Origin: an uncultured Prevotellaceae bacterium
GTDB lineage: Bacteria > Bacteroidota > Bacteroidia > Bacteroidales > Bacteroidaceae
Reading direction: 5' to 3'
Assembly: GCA_900318775.1 (NCBI GenBank)
Contig: ONLY01000010.1
Location: forward strand, 5,620 to 69,619
DNA: 64,000 nucleotides
The first letter of the stretch is position 1. The number at the start of each line of letters is the position of its first letter. Positions 6,541 to 15,981 of the stretch are shown in pieces. Position numbers and translations under genes: made by a program. The notes below the pieces were generated by a model. The model saw only the letters and a program-made list of their open reading frames with translations, had not been told where the DNA came from and did not search any database.

Positions 6541-6548
6541 CAAAGGTA
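6541..6548 (-). promoter_or_regulatory. -7 box TACCTTTG upstream of tRNA-His
   Basis: Reverse complement of caaaggta, ~30 nt upstream of the tRNA 5-prime end. Confidence 0.45.
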
Positions 6549-6665
6549 GGGAGTTTTTTTTGTTTGGCAAAATAAAAAGCGAAGAATTTTAAGAGAATCT
6601 CTCATTTTTCCTCGCTTTATGTGTTGTGGCCTGTGGTTAAGCCTCAAAAGAGGGGGTGTCAGGGG

Positions 6666-7544
6666 CTATTTGTAGAATTCCCTGCGACCTGCGCTGAGGG
6701 TGTTCTTCATCAGAGAACAGATGGTCATGGGGCCTACGCCACCCGGCACAGGAGTGATGAAAGAGCACTTGGGCGCCACATTCTCAAAATCGACGTCGCC
6801 ATTCAGGCGGAAACCTGATTTACGAGTGGCGTCTGGAACGCGTGTTGTGCCTACGTCGACTATAACAGCACCTTCCTTCACCATGTCTGCTGTCACAAAG
6901 TTTGGGCTTCCAATTGCGGCTATGATGATGTCCGCTTGCAGACATTCCTCTTTCAAAGTTTTTGAATGGCTGTGACAAACGGTAACTGTTGCATCGCCAT
7001 ACTGTTTCTGCATCATCAGTTGGGCCATGGGCTTGCCTACGATGTTGGAGCGTCCGAGAATGACGCATTTCTTTCCGCTTGTCTCGATGTTGTAGCGCTT
7101 CAGCAGGGTGATGATGCCCAGTGGGGTGGCCGAGATGTAGCAAGGGAGCCCAATGGCCATGCGTCCCACGTTGATTGGGTGGAATCCGTCCACGTCCTTG
7201 CGGTAGTCTATGGCTTCAATGATTTTCTGCTCGGAGATGTGCTTGGGAAGTGGAAGCTGTACGATGAAACCATCCACATCGGCGTCATTATTAAGCTTTT
7301 CCACTTGCTCCAGGAGAAAATCTTCGGTGATGTCTTCTTCAAAGCGGAGGAGGGTAGATGTGAAGCCGCAAGCCTCGCATGCCAAGACCTTATTCTTTAC
7401 GTAGGTCTCGCTGCCACCGTCGTGTCCTACAAGAATGGCTGCCAAATGCGGGCGCTTGCCACCAGCATCTACGATTCTCTTTACTTCTTCTGCAATTTCA
7501 GCCTTGATGGCTGTTGCTGTTGCTTTTCCGTCTATCAGTTGCAT
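6666..7544 (-). CDS. folD: Bifunctional methylenetetrahydrofolate dehydrogenase/cyclohydrolase
   Basis: 292 aa. [10 protein letters not shown]..., [25 protein letters not shown] and [10 protein letters not shown] are all FolD hallmarks. Confidence 0.95.
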   Translation of the reverse strand: MQLIDGKATATAIKAEIAEEVKRIVDAGGKRPHLAAILVGHDGGSETYVKNKVLACEACGFTSTLLRFEEDITEDFLLEQVEKLNNDADVDGFIVQLPLPKHISEQKIIEAIDYRKDVDGFHPINVGRMAIGLPCYISATPLGIITLLKRYNIETSGKKCVILGRSNIVGKPMAQLMMQKQYGDATVTVCHSHSKTLKEECLQADIIIAAIGSPNFVTADMVKEGAVIVDVGTTRVPDATRKSGFRLNGDVDFENVAPKCSFITPVPGGVGPMTICSLMKNTLSAGRREFYK

Positions 7545-7586
7545 TGCCTTGTGTTGTTGTGTAAGGTGAAACTTTATTCGTTGTGT

Positions 7587-8942
7587 TTAAAAGCGTGGCA
7601 TTCCGCCTTTCATTCCTTTCAAGCGCTGCATCTGCGCCATTGCCTGCGCCATCTTGGGGCTGGTCATCTGACGCATCATCTTGCGCATCTGCTCAAACTG
7701 TTTCGTGATGCGGTTTACTTCATCAATTGACACGCCTGCGCCTTTGGCAATACGCATTTTGCGTGACATATTGATGCACTCGGGATGCTCACGCTCATAG
7801 GGGGTCATCGAACCGATCATGGCTTCTACGGACTTGAAGGCATTGTCATCAATCTCAACATCCTTCAAAGCCTTGCCCACGCCCGGAATCATAGAAGCGA
7901 GGTCCTTGATGTTGCCCATCTTTTTGATTTGATTGATCTGTCCGAGGAAGTCGTTGTAATCGAACTTGTTCTTCGCAATCTTTTTTTCCAGGCGCTTGGC
8001 TTCCTCTTCGTCGAATTGCTGTTGGGCGCGCTCCACAAACGATACGATGTCGCCCATGCCCAGAATGCGGTCTGCCATGCGGTCGGGGTGGAACACGTCA
8101 AAGGCTTCCATCTTCTCGCCTGTACCTACAAACTTGATGGGTTTTGTCACTACGGTGCGGATGGAAAGTGCTGCACCGCCCCGTGTGTCACCGTCTAGCT
8201 TTGTGAGGATTACGCCGTCTATATCTAGACGCTCATTGAAGGTCTTTGCTGTGTTGACAGCGTCCTGACCGGTCATCGCATCCACCACGAGCAAAGTTTC
8301 ATTCGGATTGACGGCATTTTTGATTTGCTCGATTTGCTGCATCAGCTCTTCGTCAATCGACTGGCGTCCAGCTGTGTCGACAATCACTACGTCATATCCC
8401 TTTGCTTTTGCCTCGCTGATGGCGTTCTTCGCAACAGCAATTGGGTCTGTGGCACCTTCTTCGAGATAGCAAGGTACTTCCACTTGCTCAGCAAGAACAC
8501 GCAATTGCTCCATAGCTGCAGGACGGAAGGTGTCGCACGCAGCCAAGAGTGGTTTCTTGTGATTTTGTGTCTTCAGGCGCAAAGCCAGTTTGCCGGACAT
8601 GGTAGTCTTACCTGCACCATTCAAACCTGCCATCAGAATGACCGTGGGGTGTCCTGTCAAGTTTAGATCTGTTGCCTGTCCACCCATCAGTTGAGCCAAT
8701 TCGTCATGTACGATCTTGACCATCATCTGACCAGGCTTCACGGCTGTCAGCACATTCTGTCCCAGCGCCTTCTGCTTCACTGTATCTGTGAAGGTTTTGG
8801 CCACCTTGTAGTTTACGTCTGCCTCGAGGAGGGCTTTGCGCACGTCCTTCAGCGTTTCTGCCACATTGATTTCGGTGATTTTGCCTTCACCCTTCAGTAT
8901 TTTGAAAGACCGCTCAAGTCTTTCGCTCAAGTTTTCGAACAT
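7587..8942 (-). CDS. ffh: Signal recognition particle protein Ffh
   Basis: 451 aa. SRP54 G domain with GLNGAGKTT, DTAGR and TKLDGD, plus a Met-rich C-terminal M domain. Confidence 0.95.
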   Translation of the reverse strand: MFENLSERLERSFKILKGEGKITEINVAETLKDVRKALLEADVNYKVAKTFTDTVKQKALGQNVLTAVKPGQMMVKIVHDELAQLMGGQATDLNLTGHPTVILMAGLNGAGKTTMSGKLALRLKTQNHKKPLLAACDTFRPAAMEQLRVLAEQVEVPCYLEEGATDPIAVAKNAISEAKAKGYDVVIVDTAGRQSIDEELMQQIEQIKNAVNPNETLLVVDAMTGQDAVNTAKTFNERLDIDGVILTKLDGDTRGGAALSIRTVVTKPIKFVGTGEKMEAFDVFHPDRMADRILGMGDIVSFVERAQQQFDEEEAKRLEKKIAKNKFDYNDFLGQINQIKKMGNIKDLASMIPGVGKALKDVEIDDNAFKSVEAMIGSMTPYEREHPECINMSRKMRIAKGAGVSIDEVNRITKQFEQMRKMMRQMTSPKMAQAMAQMQRLKGMKGGMPRF

Positions 8943-8968
8943 ATATCTTGTCTAAATAAAATTTACAG

Positions 8969-9604
8969 TTACCCTTTACGTACTCCTTTATATATAAGGT
9001 ATACGATGATGGCTACCACAATGATGATAGCTGCCGCTCCAATAATGTGTGAGTAGTGCGCAATGATGTTGATGAGCTCTTGCTTGGGCATTGTGCTGTG
9101 GAAGACAGCACCGATTGCTACCAGAATGGTGTTCCAGACACCAGCTCCCAGGCACGTGTAAAGGCAGAATGATGCCAAATTCATCTTCGCCAAACCAGCG
9201 GGAATGCTGATGAGTTGGCGAATGGCAGGAATCATGCGCCCAATCAAGGTTGAAATGGCACCGTGTTTGTCGAAATATGCTTCCGCTTTCTCTACCTTTT
9301 CTCCATCAATTAAGCATATGTGTCCAAAACGACTATTTGCAAAAGCATATACGATGGGACGTCCGAGAGAGTAGGCGAGTGCGTAATTTACTAATGCGCC
9401 AACCAGTGCGCCTAACGTTCCGCACAGAATAATCATGGAGTAGGACATCTCCCCTGTCTCTGCCGCCATGTATGCCGCTGGAATCATGACTACTTCTGAC
9501 GGGAATGGTATAAATGAGCTCTCAATGGCCATAAACAGAATGACCCAACCGTAATTTAGGTTGTCAAGCGCTCCGTTGGTAAGATGAAGGATAATTTCTT
9601 CCAT
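8969..9604 (-). CDS. DedA-family membrane protein; start moved to the internal MEEIILHL
   Basis: Polytopic protein with a DedA-like core (FIPFPSEVVMIPAGY..., LIGRMIPAIRQLISIPAG). A TACCTTTG -7 box lies inside the longer ORF, 8 nt before the ATG at 9604, implying a near-leaderless mRNA. Confidence 0.8.
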   Translation of the reverse strand: MEEIILHLTNGALDNLNYGWVILFMAIESSFIPFPSEVVMIPAAYMAAETGEMSYSMIILCGTLGALVGALVNYALAYSLGRPIVYAFANSRFGHICLIDGEKVEKAEAYFDKHGAISTLIGRMIPAIRQLISIPAGLAKMNLASFCLYTCLGAGVWNTILVAIGAVFHSTMPKQELINIIAHYSHIIGAAAIIIVVAIIVYLIYKGVRKG

Positions 9605-9606
9605 AA

Positions 9607-9620
9607 CGGGTGCAAAGGTA
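9607..9620 (-). promoter_or_regulatory. Promoter core TACCTTTGCACCCG for the DedA-family gene
   Basis: Contains a TAnnTTTG box. An identical 14-mer occurs in the opposite orientation at 9758-9771. Confidence 0.5.
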
Positions 9621-9757
9621 CGAATTTCAAGCGAAAACAAAATAGAGAAAAAGAAAAATATGAGTTTATTTGGGCCCGAAAGCATGGCACATCAAATTTT
9701 TTTTCTTTCTGCCTCTATTTTTTTTCTCAAAAGTTTTGTTTATTCATAAGAACTCCC

Positions 9758-9771
9758 TACCTTTGCACCCG
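9758..9771 (+). promoter_or_regulatory. Promoter core TACCTTTGCACCCG driving the tRNA-Thr transcript
   Basis: TAnnTTTG box with a TTTG ~20 nt upstream, ~113 nt ahead of the mature tRNA-Thr 5-prime end. Confidence 0.5.
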
Positions 9772-9883
9772 CTAAACGAAATGGGTAAGTCCTATACGGC
9801 CAGCTCCCTTGGAATTCCCCCAGGGCTTGACCGCAGCAAGGGTACTCGGTTGTAGCGGCGCGATGTAGATCGCTTACCCACCC

Positions 9884-9957
9884 GCCTCTTTAGCTCAGTT
9901 GGCCAGAGCACGTGATTTGTAATCTCGGGGTCGTTGGTTCGAATCCGACAAGAGGCT
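9884..9957 (+). tRNA. tRNA-Thr (anticodon TGT)
   Basis: Hand-folded: acceptor GCCTCTT/AAGAGGC, D-arm GCTC/GAGC, anticodon loop TTTGTAA, T-arm GTTGG-TTCGAAT-CCGAC. One U29-U41 mismatch in the anticodon stem. CCA is not encoded. Confidence 0.85.
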
Positions 9958-9986
9958 CAACAATTCATCGTCTGATGAAAAAGATA

Positions 9987-10027
9987 ATCAAGGGAGAAAG
10001 CAGAGCGCTTTTTCCCTTGATTTATTC
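9987..10027 (+). terminator. Intrinsic terminator after tRNA-Thr
   Basis: Arms ATCAAGGGAGAAAG / CTTTTTCCCTTGAT followed by TTTATT. Confidence 0.55.
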
Positions 10028-10104
10028 ATATAGTAGCCTTTCTTTAGATGAGTCTTTTGTCTCTATAAGAGTTTCTGTCAGAAACTACTTGTGGAAACAT
10101 TCGG

Positions 10105-10707
10105 ATGAAAGATTGTTCATGTTTAATTAAGAACGCATTTGTTATGGAGCAACAAAAAGACATTCAACCTTGGGAGACCGTCAGCACGGAGTATCTTATC
10201 CGCCGTCCTTGGCTCACAGCGCGCCGCGATGTATTGCGCATGCCAGACGGCACGATTGTTCCTGAATACTATGTCCTCGAGTATCCCACATGGATTAATA
10301 TTATTGCCATCACCACAGATGGACAGTTTGTGCTTGTGCGACAGTATCGTCATGGGCTTGGTATCGTAGAGTATGAACTCTGTGCTGGTGTGATGGATCC
10401 ATCCGACGCTTCACCTCTTGATGCTGCCAAACGTGAGCTTCTTGAGGAGACTGGCTATGCTGGAGGAACATGGACTGAGTACATGACACTTTCAGCCAAT
10501 CCCGGTTCACAGAACAACTTGTCCCATACCTTCATTGCCAAAGGTGTGGAATGTGTCTCCAGTCAGCATCTTGACGAAACCGAAGAGCTCACCATCCATC
10601 TTTTTACCCGAGAGCAGCTTCTTGAGATGCTTCGTGCAGATCAGCTGAAGCAGGCTCTTATGGTTGCTCCTCTATGGCGATATATTGCAGAGAACCATCT
10701 GTTGTGA
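10105..10707 (+). CDS. NUDIX hydrolase (ADP-ribose pyrophosphatase-like); alternative start at 10144 (MEQQKD)
   Basis: Nudix box GVMDPSDASPLDAAKRELLEETGY fits GX5EX7REUXEEXGU. Confidence 0.85.
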   Translation: MKDCSCLIKNAFVMEQQKDIQPWETVSTEYLIRRPWLTARRDVLRMPDGTIVPEYYVLEYPTWINIIAITTDGQFVLVRQYRHGLGIVEYELCAGVMDPSDASPLDAAKRELLEETGYAGGTWTEYMTLSANPGSQNNLSHTFIAKGVECVSSQHLDETEELTIHLFTREQLLEMLRADQLKQALMVAPLWRYIAENHLL

Positions 10708-10859
10708 GTTTTATATAAAAGTGCATGGGGTTAATTCTTTTTATCGGAATCCTTGAACTGATTGGATAAAAATCAAAGAAATACAATTATATATGATTTA
10801 TTGAATTGTTGCTCTAAAGCAGCATGGGGGCAAATTTTAAGATAGGAGAATGAATCATA

Positions 10860-10901
10860 ACAGACAGGCACTCTGTGTGCAGAGTGCCTGTCTGTTTTTT
10901 A
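10860..10901 (+). terminator. Strong hairpin plus T-run between the convergent NUDIX and secA genes
   Basis: 16-bp perfect arms ACAGACAGGCACTCTG / CAGAGTGCCTGTCTGT, loop TGTG, then TTTTTT. Confidence 0.6.
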
Positions 10902-10963
10902 TTAGGTGAGGCCTGCTTGTCTGTGATATGCACGCCTCTTCTTGTTATAACGGGAATGGGGCT

Positions 10964-13900
10964 TTATCCTATCCGCCCATGGCAATTCTTGTACTTTTTG
11001 CCGCTTCCACAAGGGCAGGGATCGTTGCGACCAACCTTGGGACCATTGTTTACGATAGGGGCGATTGGTTGGCGGGCACGAGTGTCTGTTTGTGCGGCTT
11101 GGGCCAATTGACGCTGTGTCTCCGATGGCTCGTCTAGATTCTGGTGGCTCTCTGTGAGACGTTGCTTGGGCTCATCCATCGTTGACGCTGGTGCCTGCTG
11201 AACATCGCGTTCTTCGGTGACTGGAATAGAGCAACGCATGAGTACAGAGATGGTGCCATCATTAATTTCGTTGACCATCGTGTCGAAGAGATTGACTGAT
11301 TCCAATTTAAAGATGAGGAGTGGGTCTTTCTGTTCGTATGAGGCATTCTGCACAGATTGCTTCAGTTCATCGAGGGCACGGAGGTTTTCTTTCCATGCAT
11401 CGTCGATTGTGTGGAGCAGGATGGCTTTCTCGAAGGCGACAAGGATGGAGTTGCCTTGGGTTTCGTAGGCTTCCTTGAGTGGAATGCTGATTTGGTAGAT
11501 ACGGCGGCCATCCGTGATGGGCACGAGTATGTTTTCATACATATCGCCTTTGGATTCGTACACGTCTTTGATGACGGGGTAGGCTACTGATGCAAGGCGG
11601 GCACTGCGCTTCTTGAAGGAGTCGATGACGATGTCGAATGCTTCGTCCTCCAGTTCATGGCGGCTCTTAGCTTCGAAGGTTTCCATGTTGAATGGAATTT
11701 CCATGGCGAAGATGCGCAGGAAATCCTCCTTGCAGCTTTCATAGTCGCCATTGTTAAGAATGTGAACCACGCGGTCCCATATCATGTTTGCGATGTCCAT
11801 GCCAATGCGCTCTCCCATGAGGGCATGACGGCGGCGCTCGTAGATGACTTTGCGCTGTTTGTTCATCACATCGTCATATTCAAGGAGGCGTTTACGGATA
11901 CCGAAATTATTCTCCTCTACTTTCTTTTGGGCACGTTCAATAGATTGGTTAATCATCTTGTGCTCAATCATTTCTCCTTCTTCAAAACCGAGACGGTCCA
12001 TGATTTTAGAGATACGGTCGCTGGCGAAGAGACGCATGAGTTTGTCTTCGAGCGAGACATAGAACACCGATGAACCAGGGTCTCCTTGACGTCCGGAGCG
12101 TCCGCGCAGCTGGCGGTCAACACGGCGGCTCTCATGGCGTTCTGTACCAATGATGGCCAAACCGCCTGCTGCTTTCACTTCGTCGGAGAGCTTAATGTCT
12201 GTACCACGGCCTGCCATGTTTGTGGCAATTGTTACGGCGCCCAGCATCTTTTCTTCTTTGGTTCCATCTGGATTGATGACTTCACCCATGGTGCTTTGAC
12301 CTGCCAATGCCACAATGTCAGCCTCCTTTTGGTGCAGTTTAGCGTTCAGCACTTGGTGTGGTATCTTGCGCATGGAGAGCATGCGTGAGAGCAGTTCTGA
12401 TATTTCCACAGAAGTCGTACCTACCAATGTTGGACGTCCGCTATTGCGCATTTTCACGATTTCTTCAATCACAGCGTTGTACTTTTCACGGTTGGTCTTG
12501 TACACGCGGTCATTCATGTCAATACGTGCAATGGGGCGGTTGGTCGGAATTTCCACCACGTCCAGTTTGTATATATCCCAGAACTCGCCTGCCTCGGTAA
12601 TGGCAGTACCCGTCATGCCCGCTAACTTGTGGTACATGCGGAAGTAGTTCTGCAAAGTGATGGTTGCGAAGGTTTGTGTGGCTGCTTCAACTTTCACTCG
12701 TTCCTTGGCTTCTACTGCTTGATGGAGGCCATCGCTCCAACGGCGTCCCTCCATAATGCGTCCTGTCTGCTCATCGACAATCTTCACTTCGCCATCCATG
12801 ATGACGTAGTCGTCGTCTTTCACAAACATGGTGTATGCCTTTAAGAGTTGCTGGATGGTATGCACACGCTCTGACTTCAAGGCATAATCCTGCATGAGGG
12901 CATCCTTTTTGGCTAGGCGTTCATCTTCATTTTCGAAATGCTCGTTTTCCAGCTCTGAAAGTTGAGATGTAATGTCGGGCAACACGAAGAAGGTGTCATC
13001 CTTCACGATATTTGCAATGAGTTGGTTGCCCTTATCTGTCATTTCCACAGATTTCATCTTCTCATCTACGACGAAGAAGAGTGGCTCAATGGCTTCTGGC
13101 ATACGGCGGTTGTTGTTCTCCATGTAGATTTCCTCTGTCTGGAGCAAACCTGTTTTGATGCCTGGCTGTGAGAGGTATTTGATGAGTGCATTATTCTTTG
13201 GCAAACCCTTGTAGGCACGGAAGAGTGAAAGGAAACCTGCAGTCACATCGTCTTTGTTGTCTGACTCAATGAGTTTCTTAGCTTCGGTAAGATAGTTTTG
13301 TGCCAAACGACGTTGGGCTTCTACGAGTTGCTCCACAATGGGGCAATACTCCTCAAACATCTGCACATCTCCTTTGGGAATGGGACCGGAGATGATGAGT
13401 GGTGTACGGGCATCGTCAATAAGCACAGAGTCAACCTCGTCGACGATGGCATAGTTATGAATGCGCTGCACAAGGTCCTTGGGGGCCATAGCCATGTTGT
13501 CGCGCAGATAGTCGAAACCGAACTCGTTGTTGGTTCCAAATGTGATGTCTGCTTGGTAGGCTTTGCGGCGTTCTTCTGAGTTGGGTTGGTGCTTGTCGAT
13601 GCAGTCAACACTCAAACCATGGAACATGTAGAGTGGACCCATCCACTCGGAGTCACGCTTTGCAAGGTAGTCGTTGACTGTCACCACGTGCACTCCATTT
13701 CGTGAAAGGGCGTTGAGGAACACTGGCAGGGTAGCTACAAGGGTTTTACCTTCACCTGTAGCCATCTCGGCAATCTTGCCTTGGTGCAGCACGATGCCAC
13801 CGAAGAGCTGCACATTGTAGTGAATCATGTTCCATGTCATCTCGTTGCCACCTGCAACCCAATGGTTGTGCCAAATGGCCTTGTCTCCTTCAATATCGAC

Positions 13901-14344
13901 AAAGTCGTGCTCAATGGAGAGGTCTCGGTCGAATTCTGTAGCTGTAACGATGACATCACCGTTCTCTGCTTCAGCAAAGCGGCGCGCCGTGTCCTTCACA
14001 ATGGCATATACCGTAGGAAGCGCTTCTGTCAGACCTTCTTCAAAGAGGTCAAGAACCTCTGTCTCCATTTTGTCAATGGCTTCGAAGATAGGTTGACGCT
14101 TGTCTATCTCAGTTTCCTGAATCTTGTTTTTCAGTTCTTCAATCTCAGCGCGCTTATCTTTCACTTTGTCTTGCAGCTGTGCCTTGATTGCATCCACTTT
14201 GGCGCGCAACTCATCGTTGCTCAACTTTTGGATTTCGGGCTCAATAGCCAGCACTTGCTCAACAATTGGGCGAATCTCCTTGATGTCGCGTGCGGCCTTG
14301 TTGCCAAAGATGCTGCTGAGAAGTTTGTTAATAGAAAATCCCAT
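10964..14344 (-). CDS. secA: Preprotein translocase ATPase SecA
   Basis: 1126 aa. [27 protein letters not shown] and a C-terminal zinc motif [14 protein letters not shown]. Confidence 0.97.
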   Translation of the reverse strand: MGFSINKLLSSIFGNKAARDIKEIRPIVEQVLAIEPEIQKLSNDELRAKVDAIKAQLQDKVKDKRAEIEELKNKIQETEIDKRQPIFEAIDKMETEVLDLFEEGLTEALPTVYAIVKDTARRFAEAENGDVIVTATEFDRDLSIEHDFVDIEGDKAIWHNHWVAGGNEMTWNMIHYNVQLFGGIVLHQGKIAEMATGEGKTLVATLPVFLNALSRNGVHVVTVNDYLAKRDSEWMGPLYMFHGLSVDCIDKHQPNSEERRKAYQADITFGTNNEFGFDYLRDNMAMAPKDLVQRIHNYAIVDEVDSVLIDDARTPLIISGPIPKGDVQMFEEYCPIVEQLVEAQRRLAQNYLTEAKKLIESDNKDDVTAGFLSLFRAYKGLPKNNALIKYLSQPGIKTGLLQTEEIYMENNNRRMPEAIEPLFFVVDEKMKSVEMTDKGNQLIANIVKDDTFFVLPDITSQLSELENEHFENEDERLAKKDALMQDYALKSERVHTIQQLLKAYTMFVKDDDYVIMDGEVKIVDEQTGRIMEGRRWSDGLHQAVEAKERVKVEAATQTFATITLQNYFRMYHKLAGMTGTAITEAGEFWDIYKLDVVEIPTNRPIARIDMNDRVYKTNREKYNAVIEEIVKMRNSGRPTLVGTTSVEISELLSRMLSMRKIPHQVLNAKLHQKEADIVALAGQSTMGEVINPDGTKEEKMLGAVTIATNMAGRGTDIKLSDEVKAAGGLAIIGTERHESRRVDRQLRGRSGRQGDPGSSVFYVSLEDKLMRLFASDRISKIMDRLGFEEGEMIEHKMINQSIERAQKKVEENNFGIRKRLLEYDDVMNKQRKVIYERRRHALMGERIGMDIANMIWDRVVHILNNGDYESCKEDFLRIFAMEIPFNMETFEAKSRHELEDEAFDIVIDSFKKRSARLASVAYPVIKDVYESKGDMYENILVPITDGRRIYQISIPLKEAYETQGNSILVAFEKAILLHTIDDAWKENLRALDELKQSVQNASYEQKDPLLIFKLESVNLFDTMVNEINDGTISVLMRCSIPVTEERDVQQAPASTMDEPKQRLTESHQNLDEPSETQRQLAQAAQTDTRARQPIAPIVNNGPKVGRNDPCPCGSGKKYKNCHGRIG

Positions 14345-14418
14345 ATGATGTAGTGTTATTTGTTTTTTATGTTAATGGTTGAGGCTATATGAATAATCTC
14401 TGTTATTTCCGTTTTATA

Positions 14419-15981
14419 TTAAAAGAGAGGTGAGCTTGAGCATGCATTGGGGGCGCGGATGCGGATGTGATGGGCCACTGTCGGAGCGATGCAATCGACA
14501 GTGACTGGAGTTGCCACTTTTTGGGGCTGAATGGTGTAGCCGAAGAATATGAGTGGAAACTCGAAGAAGGAGTCACGCTGCATTTTCTTGGTGCTACGGT
14601 CTTCGTTCACAAGATTCCAGCCTGGTGAAACCTGCACTATGATGTCGCCCGAACATTTGGGGTTAAATCCGTTGCGGATGGTACTGATGCCTGGTGTCCA
14701 TGCACCTTGGGTGATGCGGTGGGAAGTGAATACATCGCGTACACCGCTGAACTGGAATAGGAAGTCCTCGCAATGTTCCTGAACTTCGGCGAGTTTCAGC
14801 TGCTTTTTCTCCAGCAGTTTGTGGTTTAGGTAGAGTTGGTTGCCAAAATAGCTTTCCACGTAGCGCTCGTTGCCGTACATGGCACAAAGGTACATGTTGA
14901 GCAGCATAGCGCAACGGTTGATGTTGAAATCGCCCGTTGGAATGCGGTATTTGGCCAGCTCACCTGCATTTTCTACGTCATCGTATCCTGTAGAGGTGAC
15001 AAAAATGAGTGTCTTGTCAAGGCCTACCAACTGGTCTATCTTCTCCAGCAGTGAGGCAATTTCGTTGTCCAGGCGCTTGTACGTGTCTTGCAGCTCTGTG
15101 CTTGTGGCGCTTCCGTTATCTGTTGGAAAATCACCGGCATAATAGCATATGGAAAGAAAGTCTGTTACCTCGTCCAAGCCTGCATTGCCATTGACCAGGC
15201 AATAGCGTGCGGCTTTTGTGACTTCTTCATTGACAAGTCCTGATTTCTTAAACACACGGAAGCGGCTATCGCCTGTGAAATTGTGGCTGAATGACTTCTG
15301 TGTTGTAGTCAAGTAATAATTATAAGTTCCGGTGGAGGCGTTCAGTGGTTTCCACGGGGTAGATGTCAGTTTGTCGGTGATGAGCCCAGAATTGACATAG
15401 CGGAACCATGAAGGTGTGGGGCCGTAATAGGTGGTGCCTGCCCATTTGCCGCTCTGATTGTCAATCCACATGGCCCAATCGGCAGCATGGCCTGCTGCTA
15501 AGATGGCAGCTTCGCGGTAGGGCGCCACGCTATAGACGAGAGCTTTGCCTTTGGTGGCAGCTTTCAGCTCGTCGCCGATGGTGCTAACCAACAGATTTTT
15601 GGGCGATGAGCAGTCGCTGGTTTCCACGCCCTTATAGTCGCGGTCATCTACACAATAGTTCGTGTGCAGCTCTGTGCGGTTCATCCATTCTTCGGCGATG
15701 ATGCCATGATTGTATGGCACGGTGCCTGTCACGATGGAGGCGATGGCAGATGCACGGTCTATCGGGGTGTGCTGGTACTGGACATTGGAATAGACCTGTC
15801 CTTTTTCGAGGAGCAGTTTGAATCCGCCTTCTCCATACAGAGGCATGAATGCGTTGAGATAGTCAGAGCGCAACTGATCGATGCTGATGCCTACGACTAG
15901 TCGTGGCACGGATGTTGTCTGTGCCATTGTGCCAGCCATTGCAATGGAGGCAAAGAAGGTGGTCAGTATCTGCTTCTTCAT
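14419..15981 (-). CDS. Secreted alkaline-phosphatase-superfamily protein (ENPP / type I phosphodiesterase-like); start at MKKQIL
   Basis: Signal peptide MKKQILTTFFASIAMAGTMAQ. ISIDQLRSDYL and HTPIDRASAIASIVTGTVPYNHGI resemble the metal and nucleophile motifs of the family. The ATG overlaps the upstream stop (ATGA at 15978-15981). Confidence 0.75.
   Translation of the reverse strand: MKKQILTTFFASIAMAGTMAQTTSVPRLVVGISIDQLRSDYLNAFMPLYGEGGFKLLLEKGQVYSNVQYQHTPIDRASAIASIVTGTVPYNHGIIAEEWMNRTELHTNYCVDDRDYKGVETSDCSSPKNLLVSTIGDELKAATKGKALVYSVAPYREAAILAAGHAADWAMWIDNQSGKWAGTTYYGPTPSWFRYVNSGLITDKLTSTPWKPLNASTGTYNYYLTTTQKSFSHNFTGDSRFRVFKKSGLVNEEVTKAARYCLVNGNAGLDEVTDFLSICYYAGDFPTDNGSATSTELQDTYKRLDNEIASLLEKIDQLVGLDKTLIFVTSTGYDDVENAGELAKYRIPTGDFNINRCAMLLNMYLCAMYGNERYVESYFGNQLYLNHKLLEKKQLKLAEVQEHCEDFLFQFSGVRDVFTSHRITQGAWTPGISTIRNGFNPKCSGDIIVQVSPGWNLVNEDRSTKKMQRDSFFEFPLIFFGYTIQPQKVATPVTVDCIAPTVAHHIRIRAPNACSSSPLF

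Noticed and set aside
6966-7730. 254-aa plus-strand ORF spanning folD, the folD-ffh spacer and the end of ffh
   Set aside because: It runs antisense across two well-supported genes and an intergenic region, and it has no motifs. Other antisense ORFs fall in the same class (17869-18729 in nqrF, 27907-28530 in glnS, 46788-47540, 59416-59991, 13781-14353).
9781-9855. 24-codon ORF (MGKSYTASSLGIPPGLDRSKGTRL) upstream of tRNA-Thr
   Set aside because: It lies inside a GC-rich, self-complementary segment co-transcribed with a tRNA, and there is no evidence for translation. It is more likely RNA structure than a peptide.
9781-9880. Possible SRP (4.5S) RNA next to ffh
   Set aside because: GGCCAGCUCC and GAUGUAG resemble E. 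coli 4.5S segments, and the ends pair like helix 5. But I could not build a helix-8 with a GNRA tetraloop followed closely by the AGCA symmetric-loop motif: GGAA and AGCA are ~20 nt apart. The motif match is better on the minus strand, where no promoter is available. The 3-prime part also prefers a local hairpin. I kept it only as an unassigned structured leader, and an Infernal scan would settle it.
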